64,000 nt of DNA from IMG/VR virus record IMGVR_UViG_3300045988_179183. One strand, written 5' to 3'. The stretch is from a virus. This document shows positions 1 to 8,875 of the stretch, in pieces. Position numbers and translations under genes: made by a program. The notes beneath the pieces were generated by a model that worked only from the letters and a program-made list of their open reading frames with translations, was not told the origin of the DNA and did not search any database. How positions within the stretch are numbered: the stretch's first letter is position 1; each line of letters starts with the position of its first letter.

Positions 1-469
1 ATTTTTTTTGGCTTATATTAACTCTTCTCCTCAGTATCGTACGATTCTTATCACCCCACTCTGTGAAAGAGCCTTCCGACAAATAATAACCTAAAAATTC
101 ACAAAACAAATTGGTGTCATATTTTTTATTATCAATGACTATAAAGGGGGTATCAATGCCCTTCCATGAAGGAATATGCGAGAGGAATGAAAAATTATCC
201 TTGATATCACTTTCGTTCACCAATGAAATGTGTTTTTGCCCATGTTTCCTACCTACATGAACATGGTTCGGCGTGTTGGCGAGATCGAAACATTTTGATT
301 TCCGGTACACCATATCACCTTCATAATACTGATTAATCCACGCCACCGCCGGAACGTATTCTCCTTCTCCTGTTTCAGGATTAATTGATAAAAATAGTTC
401 GGTTTTATCCAAATCCTTAAAAAATTTCCACCCCTTATTCGTTAACACCTCGACTTTATCATCGTAGCA
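1..469 (-). mobile_element. Intein (N-terminal part, continues off-window) in minor head protein
   Basis: Begins at Cys codon 469-467. CYDDKVEVLTNKGWKFFKDL (block A), LANTPNHVHV (block B TxxH), FLGYYLSEGS (LAGLIDADG-type motif). Confidence 0.6.
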
Positions 470-1264
470 GAACGGATGAACTGCCGTGATGATCGTCGGT
501 TTCCAATCAGCCACCCTTCTACCGATATTCGTTCCGTTGCCAATTAACTCCTCGGCTGTGAATAATTTAGGCTCGCTTCCTATTCCAGCCGTCAAATATA
601 ATCTTATACAATGACGACATGCGGCTGGGTATACGTCGAAGTAAATCAATGTGTTAGACCCATCTCCTTCTCTCATATAAGATTGAACCCTACCCATATT
701 AAACACACCCTGATATTCGGTCTCCACGATTCGATTCCAATCCCTCGACCAATCATTTAGTTGATTGCTTATCTTGGCAGCTATCAACTTGGTCGTATCC
801 CTCTCAACAATTCCTCTTTTAACACCTTCTTTAATGGTGCGTTCCTGTTCCATCCTCATCCTAAGTTCAGAATCCGAGATATAACTGGAGATATCTTTTT
901 TCATCTTATCACCCAACCCCTTTAAATAGCCGTAAGTTCGATTACAGGCCATCTCATATTCCTCGATTTCCCTCTTGGAAGGCGTTTCATATTGTCTTCT
1001 AGCGAGGTAATCAAGAAGATCCTTGTAAGATATTTGTTTGGTCTGATAATCGCTTAATTTACCGGATAAAAGACCAAACATCCAATTCGCCCAGTACGGC
1101 GGTATCTTTTTAACGAGTGAACCGGGATCTATACCGTGTTTTTTCAAATTCTCTTTATCCTGAGATGTTAGGTGACTTGGCCCGAATATTTTCCAGACCA
1201 AGTCAGCAAACCTGAAATCCACCAATGACAATATTTCCTGTATCTGCTCGTTATTGAAAATCAT
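1..1264 (-). CDS. Minor head / head-morphogenesis protein (Mu F / SPP1 gp7-like); 3' end off-window; intein-interrupted
   Basis: ATG at 1264. My manual translation (MIFNNEQIQEILSLVDF...) stays open to nt 1. ...YPAACRHCIRLYL... and ...TAVHPF|C resemble the Cys/HPxC end of Mu F-like domains. Lies in the portal/head block. Confidence 0.55.
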   Translation of the reverse strand, partial: MIFNNEQIQEILSLVDFRFADLVWKIFGPSHLTSQDKENLKKHGIDPGSLVKKIPPYWANWMFGLLSGKLSDYQTKQISYKDLLDYLARRQYETPSKREIEEYEMACNRTYGYLKGLGDKMKKDISSYISDSELRMRMEQERTIKEGVKRGIVERDTTKLIAAKISNQLNDWSRDWNRIVETEYQGVFNMGRVQSYMREGDGSNTLIYFDVYPAACRHCIRLYLTAGIGSEPKLFTAEELIGNGTNIGRRVADWKPTIITAVHPFCYDDKVEVLTNKGWKFFKDLDKTELFLSINPETGEGEYVPAVAWINQYYEGDMVYRKSKCFDLANTPNHVHVGRKHGQKHISLVNESDIKDNFSFLSHIPSWKGIDTPFIVIDNKKYDTNLFCEFLGYYLSEGSFTEWGDKNRTILRRRVNISQKK

Positions 1265-1279
1265 AATTCTTTTTAACGA

Positions 1280-1483
1280 TTATTTTGGTTTAATAATATC
1301 AACCATTTTCTTAACAATATCAGCGAATAGAATGTTTAGCTCCTCGTTAAATATTTTCTTGGTTTCATTCTCGTATCCGTTTATAACATCAGGGAAACGA
1401 ACGGGATCTTTAACCCCCATTCGTTCCTTTTTGACAACCGGCCTAACCGTTTTTATATCTATACCGGATACCTTCTTTTCCAC
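1280..1483 (-). CDS. Hypothetical 67-aa protein, paralog of 2295..2501
   Basis: About 75% aa identity with 2295..2501 (GIDIKTVRP.VKKER.GVKDPVRFPDVINGYENETK). Tightly packed after 1492..2292. Confidence 0.6.
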   Translation of the reverse strand: MEKKVSGIDIKTVRPVVKKERMGVKDPVRFPDVINGYENETKKIFNEELNILFADIVKKMVDIIKPK

Positions 1484-1491
1484 GATCAGGT

Positions 1492-2292
1492 TTATTTTTT
1501 ATTCAACAATATTCTTGCGAAATCTTCTGCCTCGGACTTGCTATCAAATACATGACGTTTCGAATCATCAGTGATATATTTATAGTTCTCATCCCAAACT
1601 TTCACCTCGAATTTACCATCACCTTCTGAAATTTGAGCACCACCCTTTCCCGGGATTTCCAATTCAAATTTACCACCGCCCTTATCTTCAAATTTAAAAT
1701 GCTTATTATCCTTTCTTCCCCAAGAATCAGTTAGATTCTTATAATCATCACTACCAACTTTCACGGTATCCGTCCAATTCTTCTCGCCCTTTCTTCGATA
1801 CTCAACAATCAAATCACCGTTAGGTTTCGTGTCAATGATCCGACCCTCGTTACCTCCGAATAACGGTACGAATTTATCTTCCCGTGCGTTACCAGTAATC
1901 GGTGTTGCGTACATCATGTTTCCCACCTTCGTCTTTGACCCAGTTGGAGTTGTCTCACCTTCCTTGGCGAATTTCATTTCAATGCCGTTCTGAAACCGAC
2001 CATCCTTACTAATCCGTGTAAGAATCATTTCCTTCCCGGCATACATAATATGATCACCAACTTTAAGTTTATCCGTAACATTTTTAGGTGTCGTTTTCTC
2101 CGGTTTTATAACAGGGTTACCTTTCGGTGTTGTCTCTTTCGTTTCGCTTTCTTTATATCCTTTCGGTTTCGGTCTCCAACCTTTCGGAGTTTTGACGTAC
2201 TCTTTTCCTCCCCAAACACGGATTTCGCCAATAGCCGCTCCCTTACCGGCTTTCTCGATCGTTTCAAGTGCCTTTATGTTAATATCTTCCAT
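1492..2292 (-). CDS. Hypothetical protein sharing an N-terminal module with 2498..3028
   Basis: Shared motif GEIRVWGGKEYVKTPKGWRPKPKGYKE; divergent Lys/Gly-rich C-terminus. Confidence 0.6.
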   Translation of the reverse strand: MEDINIKALETIEKAGKGAAIGEIRVWGGKEYVKTPKGWRPKPKGYKESETKETTPKGNPVIKPEKTTPKNVTDKLKVGDHIMYAGKEMILTRISKDGRFQNGIEMKFAKEGETTPTGSKTKVGNMMYATPITGNAREDKFVPLFGGNEGRIIDTKPNGDLIVEYRRKGEKNWTDTVKVGSDDYKNLTDSWGRKDNKHFKFEDKGGGKFELEIPGKGGAQISEGDGKFEVKVWDENYKYITDDSKRHVFDSKSEAEDFARILLNKK

Positions 2293-2294
2293 AA

Positions 2295-2501
2295 CTATTT
2301 TTCTTTAACCATCTCAACCATCTTCTTCACAAGGTCTCCGAATAGAAGGTTGAGATTTTCATTAAACATTCGTTTCGTTTCGTTTTCATAGCCGTTTATG
2401 ACATCAGGAAAACGAACAGGGTCTTTAACACCTGCTCGTTCCTTCTTGACGATCGGTCTGACCGTCTTTATATCAATTCCAGCCACTTTCCTTTCCATCA
2501 C
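2295..2501 (-). CDS. Hypothetical 68-aa protein, paralog of 1280..1483
   Basis: See 1280..1483. Start overlaps the stop of 2498..3028 by 4 nt. Confidence 0.6.
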   Translation of the reverse strand: MMERKVAGIDIKTVRPIVKKERAGVKDPVRFPDVINGYENETKRMFNENLNLLFGDLVKKMVEMVKEK

Positions 2502-3028
2502 CTGCCTGATTTTTGATGTTTCTTTTCATTCCACATTTTATCGGAAAGTAAATCATAAAACTTTTCAATGAATGCATTTGATTTATCTGTTGATGAATCA
2601 AATGTCATTTTATCTAAGCCATCCCAAATCCGTTTTGTCGCACCCTCACCCAAATATTTATCAACAAACGCGGTGATTTTCCCCGGTGTTGTTTTTCGAT
2701 TAAAAAATATCTCCGAAAATTCATCGGTAATTGACTCGGCTGTCCGGCTACCGGTAGACGATCCACCCTCACTACCAACATGTTCCTTATCTTTATTCTC
2801 CACTTCACTTTTTGCACCCTCTTTATAGCCTTTCGGCTTCGGACGCCATCCTTTCGGCGTCTTTATGTATTCCTTTCCTCGCCATGTTCTCACCTCGCCC
2901 ATAACAGCACGACGTCCCATGGCCTTTTCAATTTCTTCAAGATAATTTTCATCCGTGAATTCCTGACCCATGGATTTAGCTATAAACGCTTTTCTTTTTA
3001 TTTCTTCTACAAGGGCTTCGTATAACAT
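2498..3028 (-). CDS. Hypothetical protein sharing an N-terminal module with 1492..2292
   Basis: GEVRTWRGKEYIKTPKGWRPKPKGYKE motif. Promoter box 26 nt upstream of ATG 3028. Confidence 0.6.
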   Translation of the reverse strand: MLYEALVEEIKRKAFIAKSMGQEFTDENYLEEIEKAMGRRAVMGEVRTWRGKEYIKTPKGWRPKPKGYKEGAKSEVENKDKEHVGSEGGSSTGSRTAESITDEFSEIFFNRKTTPGKITAFVDKYLGEGATKRIWDGLDKMTFDSSTDKSNAFIEKFYDLLSDKMWNEKKHQKSGR

Positions 3029-3054
3029 AACCTTCTTTATTTATTTTGTTCATC

Positions 3055-3086
3055 TAAAGGTACGAAATAGGCACCTATTCACCAAC
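3055..3086 (-). promoter_or_regulatory. Promoter, variant -7 box (TACCTTTA)
   Basis: Minus-strand reading: TTGG-N19-TACCTTTA, 26 nt upstream of ATG 3028. Confidence 0.4.
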
Positions 3087-3502
3087 TATTTCGCGATAAA
3101 AAATCCTGTCAAAAAACTAACACCCACGCCAATCCAGAATAATCGTTTTCGGCGTTTTATCTTGTCTTCTAGCGCGGCTTTGTTTTTTTGATATTCTAGG
3201 TTTACTGCCATCTCGTTCTCAAGCCTAAAACGATAATCGACGTTTAATTTCAAGAGGCTATCGATCTGAATATTCTTAATCTGAATAAACTTCGTTAAAT
3301 CCAAGTAGCGTACCCGCAACGTATCATTCTCCTCCATGAGGAACCTCCGGTGAAGTAGGCGGTGGTTGATAACCTTGACTTGCGGCATCGTTATGATAAC
3401 GCAGGTATCGCCACCCACTTCAATCTTCCTTGGATAGTTCTTCTGACAGAAGCCGCACGTGCTCGTCATCAGTAAGATTGCTAAGATTGCGAAGTTTTTC
3501 AT
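3086..3502 (-). CDS. Secreted/lipoprotein-like protein with a C-terminal TM segment (u-/o-spanin-like architecture)
   Basis: N-terminal MKNFAILAILLMTSTCGFC signal with Cys. C-terminal hydrophobic LFWIGVGVSFLTGFFIA. Start is embedded out-of-frame in the 3' end of 3420..3767. Confidence 0.5.
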   Translation of the reverse strand: MKNFAILAILLMTSTCGFCQKNYPRKIEVGGDTCVIITMPQVKVINHRLLHRRFLMEENDTLRVRYLDLTKFIQIKNIQIDSLLKLNVDYRFRLENEMAVNLEYQKNKAALEDKIKRRKRLFWIGVGVSFLTGFFIAK

Positions 3503-3767
3503 CGTATTCTTTTTTTAACCGCTCGGTTTCCCGTTTAAACTTATCAAATGATTCCGCCTCTCTCCTCTTCTGCTCCTCTATCACGCGGACCAACTCGCCA
3601 CCCACGTTGTTCAAAGAATCCAACAATTTCCTGTTCTGAAAATCCTTCTCCTTCAAAAGCTCGGTGTTATCATCCTTCTGATCCCGGTTCACGTAAATGA
3701 ATAACGCTATCAGAATAAAGGTCAGTACAATGACCAACCCTTTATAACTTTTTCGCTTGGTCGTCAT
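3420..3767 (-). CDS. N-terminal TM, coiled-coil protein (i-spanin-like architecture)
   Basis: KGLVIVLTFILIALFIYV TM segment followed by a charged helical region. ATGA overlap with the portal stop. Confidence 0.5.
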   Translation of the reverse strand: MTTKRKSYKGLVIVLTFILIALFIYVNRDQKDDNTELLKEKDFQNRKLLDSLNNVGGELVRVIEEQKRREAESFDKFKRETERLKKEYDEKLRNLSNLTDDEHVRLLSEELSKED

Positions 3768-6700
3768 TCTTGAAAACTTTTATCTATGAATTCACATGCA
3801 CGTTCAAAAATGGGGTTACCTTTCATGCTTTTCTCCACTTCCTCGAACGGATTCGGAACACCCGCTTCAGGTTCACCCGTTTCATCATCCACGATCTGAT
3901 TCATACCCTCACCCCCGAACATGGAGGCCTGTTTCTGGGTTTGGTAAACCTGATTAAGGATGATATCCTTGTTCTCATCAAACTCCCTGCCGGAATACTT
4001 ACGGAACATATCCTGCATCGAAACCATACCGGCGGACAATTTTTCACTATCAAGTTTCACCTGTTTTTCTTCGTCTTCAACCTCGATACCCGTAAACGCG
4101 AACTCCATTTCTTCGTCTAACTCAGAAATCAAGAACTTATTTATGATATCCTGCAGGAAGATTAACAGGGGGTATAAACCTTTTTGCTTACTATGATCCA
4201 ATCTCTCTCGCTGACCTTGTTGCCCGAATAAATTCGCCGCTTCCCTGAATTGGAATCCCAGCTCGCTCGGATCGATTCGGTACACGGAACATAGTAGCAC
4301 GATCAAAAACTTGGTCCAGTTATCAAATTCCATGTCACGGTTTCCCTTCTGCAAATCCACCCACTCTAGATCAAGACCTGCGAAAATTGGGATTTTATGC
4401 GAGTTATGAGTAAGCATTCCATTTACGATAAATTGATGCTTATTATCATATATTTCGACATCATACATTGGAATTTCCTCATCAAAGGACGACAGTTCAA
4501 CTATAGGGGAGAACCAAAATTCACTAAACTCATCATGAAGTTTATATCCAATTCTCTCCGCGATACCGGTCAATCGCTGGTACGAACATTTATCTTTTCC
4601 AATCGATATCCTGTGTAAATCCGTCGTTAATCGCTGATCGCCAACACAACCACTTTCACCAAAAACCCATCTCCGATAAAGTTCAACTCTCATCTTTTTC
4701 GCTTCGAGTTTACCCATTTCGGGGTGTAATGAAAACATAGTTGAGTAATTTTTTTTATAATCATACCCCAACTGTTTATGTGGTTGAAGGAATCCGATTC
4801 TCTCATAAAATTCTCGTCTATCTTTCACTAAAAGATGAATTCCCTTCTTATCGGACTTACGTAACCTCGTTTTTGAATGATATTCCTCAATTGAACATTG
4901 TATTCCTTCCGATATCAATAACATCCTTGTTTGATATCGTAATAGATCGGATGAAATTGTAATCCTAACTCCCAACCCTTCACTCACAACACTACCATCC
5001 GCGGAGAAAAATCCTCTTAAAAACGCGCACCTTGATTCCGAATCAATATCATGTATCATAGGTGGGATAACCTTTCCTACATGGCTACAGGTAAATCCAA
5101 TACCAATTAGAAATTCATAAAAATCAGCATCAAATATACCTATTTTACAATATTTATCCGCCACAGATTTGAACCCATACACCTTTTTACAGGATTCTAT
5201 CTGATCGAATGATCTACAATAATCCTGCGATTTTGCATTTATGCCATATCGATTTAATACACATAGATGCTGCTCCCTTATATGTAATTCCTTTTCACTG
5301 TGATAGAATAATTCCATTCTTTTACGACGACTCTCACCGTTATCAATATAGCCATCACCGGTCAACCAGCCAAGAATCTCAAAAAGATCGTTCTCGACCA
5401 CCTTGCCCTTATAATAAAATTTTCGTGTACCTTCCACAGGTTTTTTATTACAAAGAACAAAATCTCCCACTTTAAGATCTTTTCTCTCCTTCCACTCTAT
5501 AATTCCTGAATCCGACACAACCTTAAACTTATGATTATCCGATGAAGTAATGGATAATCCATTTGCCAGGGTTAATGTACATTTCTTTTTAAGACCTGTC
5601 CTATACACACGGCCATACTCAAAGTTTTTCCCAGTCCAAATGATCGCCTCTTTTTCTTGTGATCCATTTAAAAAATCTTCAATGGACGTTACCCCGATAT
5701 TCTTTAATACCAATAACGAATCACCTGCTAAACAGTTATCCACTCCGGTAAGCATCTGACGCCACTTCTGTTTGAAATCATTTAACTGGGTTTGGTTCGT
5801 ATTTGGTCCGTTCATTTTTATGAACCCCTTCGGATTCGAGCCATTCTTGAAGAAATTACCGTTATATTGAACACCATTAAGGATATACGTGATAATCTCA
5901 ATTAACGATTCCAACTCACTTCTCCCGTATCCATTTTGCCAAATATCAGTTCCCACATTCCTTATCCCGAACCCAAGTTCCCACGGATAATACATGACAT
6001 AAGTGTTCAACTGTTTGTTGAACACAATCTGCTGATCAAAAACTTGACAATATTTGGGTAGGTACCCTTTATACCTGTATTGATCGAATTGATGTGCGTA
6101 ATTAGGGTCGACCGTGTCGAGAAAACGAATCATACTTCCATCAATCGCTTTGAATTGATGAAGTTCCTGTCCCCGGGTTCTTGTTATTTCAAAAGCGAGT
6201 TGATCTATCGAAAGTGAATCCTGCATGATCTTTCTCACAAATGTCACGAATGAATCGGGCATTTCCCATTTATCCGTTTCACCCCCATCTTCTAGAAATC
6301 TAACGATCCTTTCAACCCTTTTCTGTTCAGCCTTCGTCATCTCCTTCATATCCTCCTTGCTGTTAAACAAGGATCTTTTCCGTCGAATGGTGAACCCTTC
6401 TTTCTGTTCATCGGTTGAAAATTTCAAAAACCGCGTGATCTGTTCAATTCGAGTTGAGATAACATTCTTCACACAATACAGGTTACCCATTCTCTGCAGG
6501 GTCTGAAATGAGATTCTACTTAGAGTCTCCTTGTACCCTCTACCCGAATACGCTATACTATCAGGTAGGAAGAAAATGGATTTATTCTGCTCGGCGGATC
6601 GAATTCTCTGCTTTTCAACATACAAACCCGCTTCAATCGCCTTTTCAATATCATCCGATGCTAATGAAGCCTGTAATTTCGAATTCAAGATGGTGGGGAT

Positions 6701-6817
6701 TGCTTCACCCAGAGAACCCAATTCGCTGAATGACATGTTAGCGATACTCTTTATAACGCGATCATAATCGTTCGCGCTCTGACGCGATGCCGCTATTTTT
6801 CTTCCCTTTCTACTCAT
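3764..6817 (-). CDS. Portal protein, interrupted by one intein
   Basis: Exteins (361 + 212 aa) carry the portal-type motif FKQKWRQMLTGVDN|SHKIPIFAGLDLEWVDL. The spliced product would be 573 aa. Confidence 0.8.
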   Translation of the reverse strand: MSRKGRKIAASRQSANDYDRVIKSIANMSFSELGSLGEAIPTILNSKLQASLASDDIEKAIEAGLYVEKQRIRSAEQNKSIFFLPDSIAYSGRGYKETLSRISFQTLQRMGNLYCVKNVISTRIEQITRFLKFSTDEQKEGFTIRRKRSLFNSKEDMKEMTKAEQKRVERIVRFLEDGGETDKWEMPDSFVTFVRKIMQDSLSIDQLAFEITRTRGQELHQFKAIDGSMIRFLDTVDPNYAHQFDQYRYKGYLPKYCQVFDQQIVFNKQLNTYVMYYPWELGFGIRNVGTDIWQNGYGRSELESLIEIITYILNGVQYNGNFFKNGSNPKGFIKMNGPNTNQTQLNDFKQKWRQMLTGVDNCLAGDSLLVLKNIGVTSIEDFLNGSQEKEAIIWTGKNFEYGRVYRTGLKKKCTLTLANGLSITSSDNHKFKVVSDSGIIEWKERKDLKVGDFVLCNKKPVEGTRKFYYKGKVVENDLFEILGWLTGDGYIDNGESRRKRMELFYHSEKELHIREQHLCVLNRYGINAKSQDYCRSFDQIESCKKVYGFKSVADKYCKIGIFDADFYEFLIGIGFTCSHVGKVIPPMIHDIDSESRCAFLRGFFSADGSVVSEGLGVRITISSDLLRYQTRMLLISEGIQCSIEEYHSKTRLRKSDKKGIHLLVKDRREFYERIGFLQPHKQLGYDYKKNYSTMFSLHPEMGKLEAKKMRVELYRRWVFGESGCVGDQRLTTDLHRISIGKDKCSYQRLTGIAERIGYKLHDEFSEFWFSPIVELSSFDEEIPMYDVEIYDNKHQFIVNGMLTHNSHKIPIFAGLDLEWVDLQKGNRDMEFDNWTKFLIVLLCSVYRIDPSELGFQFREAANLFGQQGQRERLDHSKQKGLYPLLIFLQDIINKFLISELDEEMEFAFTGIEVEDEEKQVKLDSEKLSAGMVSMQDMFRKYSGREFDENKDIILNQVYQTQKQASMFGGEGMNQIVDDETGEPEAGVPNPFEEVEKSMKGNPIFERACEFIDKSFQE
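4403..5734 (-). mobile_element. Intein (444 aa) with LAGLIDADG homing endonuclease, in portal
   Basis: CLAGDSLLVL... (block A), TSSDNH (block B), LGWLTGDGYID and FLRGFFSADGSV (LAGLIDADG x2), ...FIVNGMLTHN|S. Confidence 0.85.
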
Positions 6818-6825
6818 CTTTCTAT

Positions 6826-6870
6826 TTATTGAATAAAACGGGTCTAACCTGTCATCGAGAAAGTTAGACC
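6826..6870 (-). terminator. Hairpin terminator candidate after 6880..7701
   Basis: gggtctaac/gttagaccc 9-bp stem (6839-6847 / 6862-6870), followed on the minus strand by GTTTTATT. Confidence 0.45.
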
Positions 6871-6879
6871 CTGAATATG

Positions 6880-7701
6880 TTACGCAACTGTGAACTCACG
6901 AGAAGGTACGATCACCATGGATGAGTTACCGATATTTGCCATCACCATCCATTTATACTTAACCCCCGTTGCGAGAGCGATTGATAATTGGTTAGATGTT
7001 GTCTTGTTAAATTCATTCGGAATGAAATCTTTCGTTGCTTCTACGACGTACACGGAGTAATCAGTCGCACCATCAACGGCATCCCATTCAAGATTAACCG
7101 GTGATGCCACCCCCGTGGCTGCAGCAGCGGGTGTCGCATTAACAACGGGTGCTTTTGATTCGAATGATAATACTTGACTTTTCTTAGTTGAACCGTCCTC
7201 CATCGTTACAAAGAAGAAGAAGTTTAACTTACCCGGAAGGAATGTGTTTTTCATTGAAACGGGCATGTCAACAACCGTTAATGTCGGTGAAGTGTAATTA
7301 ACAGGTTTCGTTTCTGGGTACACGAAGATCTCATAGAATGATGCATTCTCAATCGCTTCCCAATCAAATTCGATATCATCACCGTATTCAACAGGATCTG
7401 TGGGCGAGATAATTTCCATGTTTTCATCCTCAGGTACACTAACCAACGTACCCAGGAATGTATTGTCCGACCATTTTTCCAAGGTTAGCTGTGCGATTTT
7501 AGCCATGTTGATGAAATCAACTTCATTGTACATGCCAACTTCGATATTTATACCAGCCTGTACAATTTCAGGTGATACCTCTCTTAACTCGGTTACATAG
7601 AACTGACGTAATGATTTCAGTTCATTTACATCGTAAAAAGCATCCGTTATATATTTAGCTGATGCCGTTTTATCACCGTTCAAAAATTTATAAAGTATCA
7701 T
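6880..7701 (-). CDS. Structural protein with FN3/Ig-like repeats
   Basis: DIEFDWEAIENASFYEIFVY and VNLEWDAVDGATDYSVYVV are FN3-like signatures. Own promoter, and directly upstream of portal. Confidence 0.5.
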   Translation of the reverse strand: MILYKFLNGDKTASAKYITDAFYDVNELKSLRQFYVTELREVSPEIVQAGINIEVGMYNEVDFINMAKIAQLTLEKWSDNTFLGTLVSVPEDENMEIISPTDPVEYGDDIEFDWEAIENASFYEIFVYPETKPVNYTSPTLTVVDMPVSMKNTFLPGKLNFFFFVTMEDGSTKKSQVLSFESKAPVVNATPAAAATGVASPVNLEWDAVDGATDYSVYVVEATKDFIPNEFNKTTSNQLSIALATGVKYKWMVMANIGNSSMVIVPSREFTVA

Positions 7702-7754
7702 ACTACCGTTTTTTAATTCTAATTTCTCATTCTTATTGAGTGATATAAGCGTGA

Positions 7755-7785
7755 TAAAGATACGGATTAATTTTAATAACTCAAA
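7755..7785 (-). promoter_or_regulatory. Promoter (-33 TTTG / -7 TATCTTTA)
   Basis: Minus-strand reading: TTTG-N19-TATCTTTA, 53 nt upstream of ATG 7701. Confidence 0.6.
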
Positions 7786-7981
7786 AATTTTGATTAGTAT
7801 TAATCAATCACCTATTCCTTCCTTCTTTTTACAAGGGTTATATTTGAATGTTTCCCTTTTCCTATTACCCGGATACCAGAGGTGAAAGCCCGTTTACGGG
7901 CCAATATCTTTACAATATTAGATATGGATTTTAATTTATTAAAATCCTATATGTCTTTATAAATACCTATATTATCTTTAT

Positions 7982-8091
7982 TCCCCCTCTTTTTTACCCC
8001 ATTTGCCCGCTCTTTTTTACCCCATTTGCCCGCTCTTTTTTACCCCATTTCTCCATGTACAAAAAGTTGCCCGCTCTTTTTTACCCCATTT
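7982..8091. repeat. Four direct 23-bp repeats (iteron-like)
   Basis: gcccgctcttttttaccccattt at 8005-8027, 8028-8050 and 8069-8091. A degenerate copy lies at 7982-8004. Located in the divergent intergenic region. Confidence 0.9.
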
Positions 8092-8154
8092 GATTTACAA
8101 CCTATTTTAGACCGTATCGAACCTCTATTTTATAAAATAAACTTTGTTTATTTG

Positions 8155-8185
8155 TTTGGAATAAGATAAATAAGATGTATCTTTA
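8155..8185 (+). promoter_or_regulatory. Promoter (-33 TTTG / -7 TATCTTTA) for the plus-strand island
   Basis: TTTG (8155-8158)-N19-TATCTTTA (8178-8185), 108 nt upstream of ATG 8294. Confidence 0.55.
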
Positions 8186-8293
8186 CACAGCGAAACGATA
8201 AATCCGATTTTGTGGTTTTTCATAATATTATACCCCTGATTAATCGGATTTATCCTTTCAATAAATCAGTTTTTTAATTTTAAAATTAATATT

Positions 8294-8875
8294 ATGGATA
8301 AAAACATCCTCATATATAATTATGATTATTCAATACTGGGGCTCACCCTTGAAGGAGAGTTTTTCATATCATCAATATTGGTCTTTCAAACATATATCAA
8401 ATCAAAAAGCAAAAGGGACTTTTTACTCCAATACGAAAAAACAGCACCTTATTCATTATCTCAAATAAAACTTCTAATAAAAAAATATGCAACTATAATT
8501 TATTGGGATGGTGACTTAAAGAGATTTCGAATGGAAAATAAGAAATGGGCTCTGAGAAAATCTTTAATTGAAAGGAATGGTTTCATGCACCTAATTGTAC
8601 CACCGTGGCTATTCAACATCATGAATATTTTTAAATTAAATTTCACCCAGCTATATATCATGGCGCTTGTTCTGTCCTATTTTTATGATAAAAAGAAATT
8701 TAACTGGGCGAACGAAACCATCGCTCGTAAACTAGATATGGTAAGTGGTTATTCCATAACGAAAAATATCAATAAATTACAAAACTTAGGTTTGATTGAG
8801 ATAATAAGAACGAATAGAACGAATATTTTAAATGTAACTGATAAATTTTTATTTTATGAAAACAAATCTAACTGA
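8294..8875 (+). CDS. Winged-HTH DNA-binding protein (replication-initiator or regulator-like)
   Basis: C-terminal NETIARKLDMVSGYSITKNINKLQNLGLIEI looks like a wHTH. First gene after the 23-bp repeat array. Confidence 0.5.
   Translation: MDKNILIYNYDYSILGLTLEGEFFISSILVFQTYIKSKSKRDFLLQYEKTAPYSLSQIKLLIKKYATIIYWDGDLKRFRMENKKWALRKSLIERNGFMHLIVPPWLFNIMNIFKLNFTQLYIMALVLSYFYDKKKFNWANETIARKLDMVSGYSITKNINKLQNLGLIEIIRTNRTNILNVTDKFLFYENKSN

Noticed and set aside
7982-8091. Could the 23-bp repeats be a CRISPR array?
   Set aside because: The repeats are head-to-tail with no spacers apart from one 18-bp gap. There are only four copies, the sequence is T/C-rich and non-palindromic, and there are no cas genes. 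It is better described as an iteron or operator array.
8294-8875. Lysogeny module (repressor plus integrase) around the divergent region
   Set aside because: A wHTH protein alone is not evidence of a temperate lifestyle. I recognised no integrase, recombinase, excisionase or att-like site anywhere in the window.
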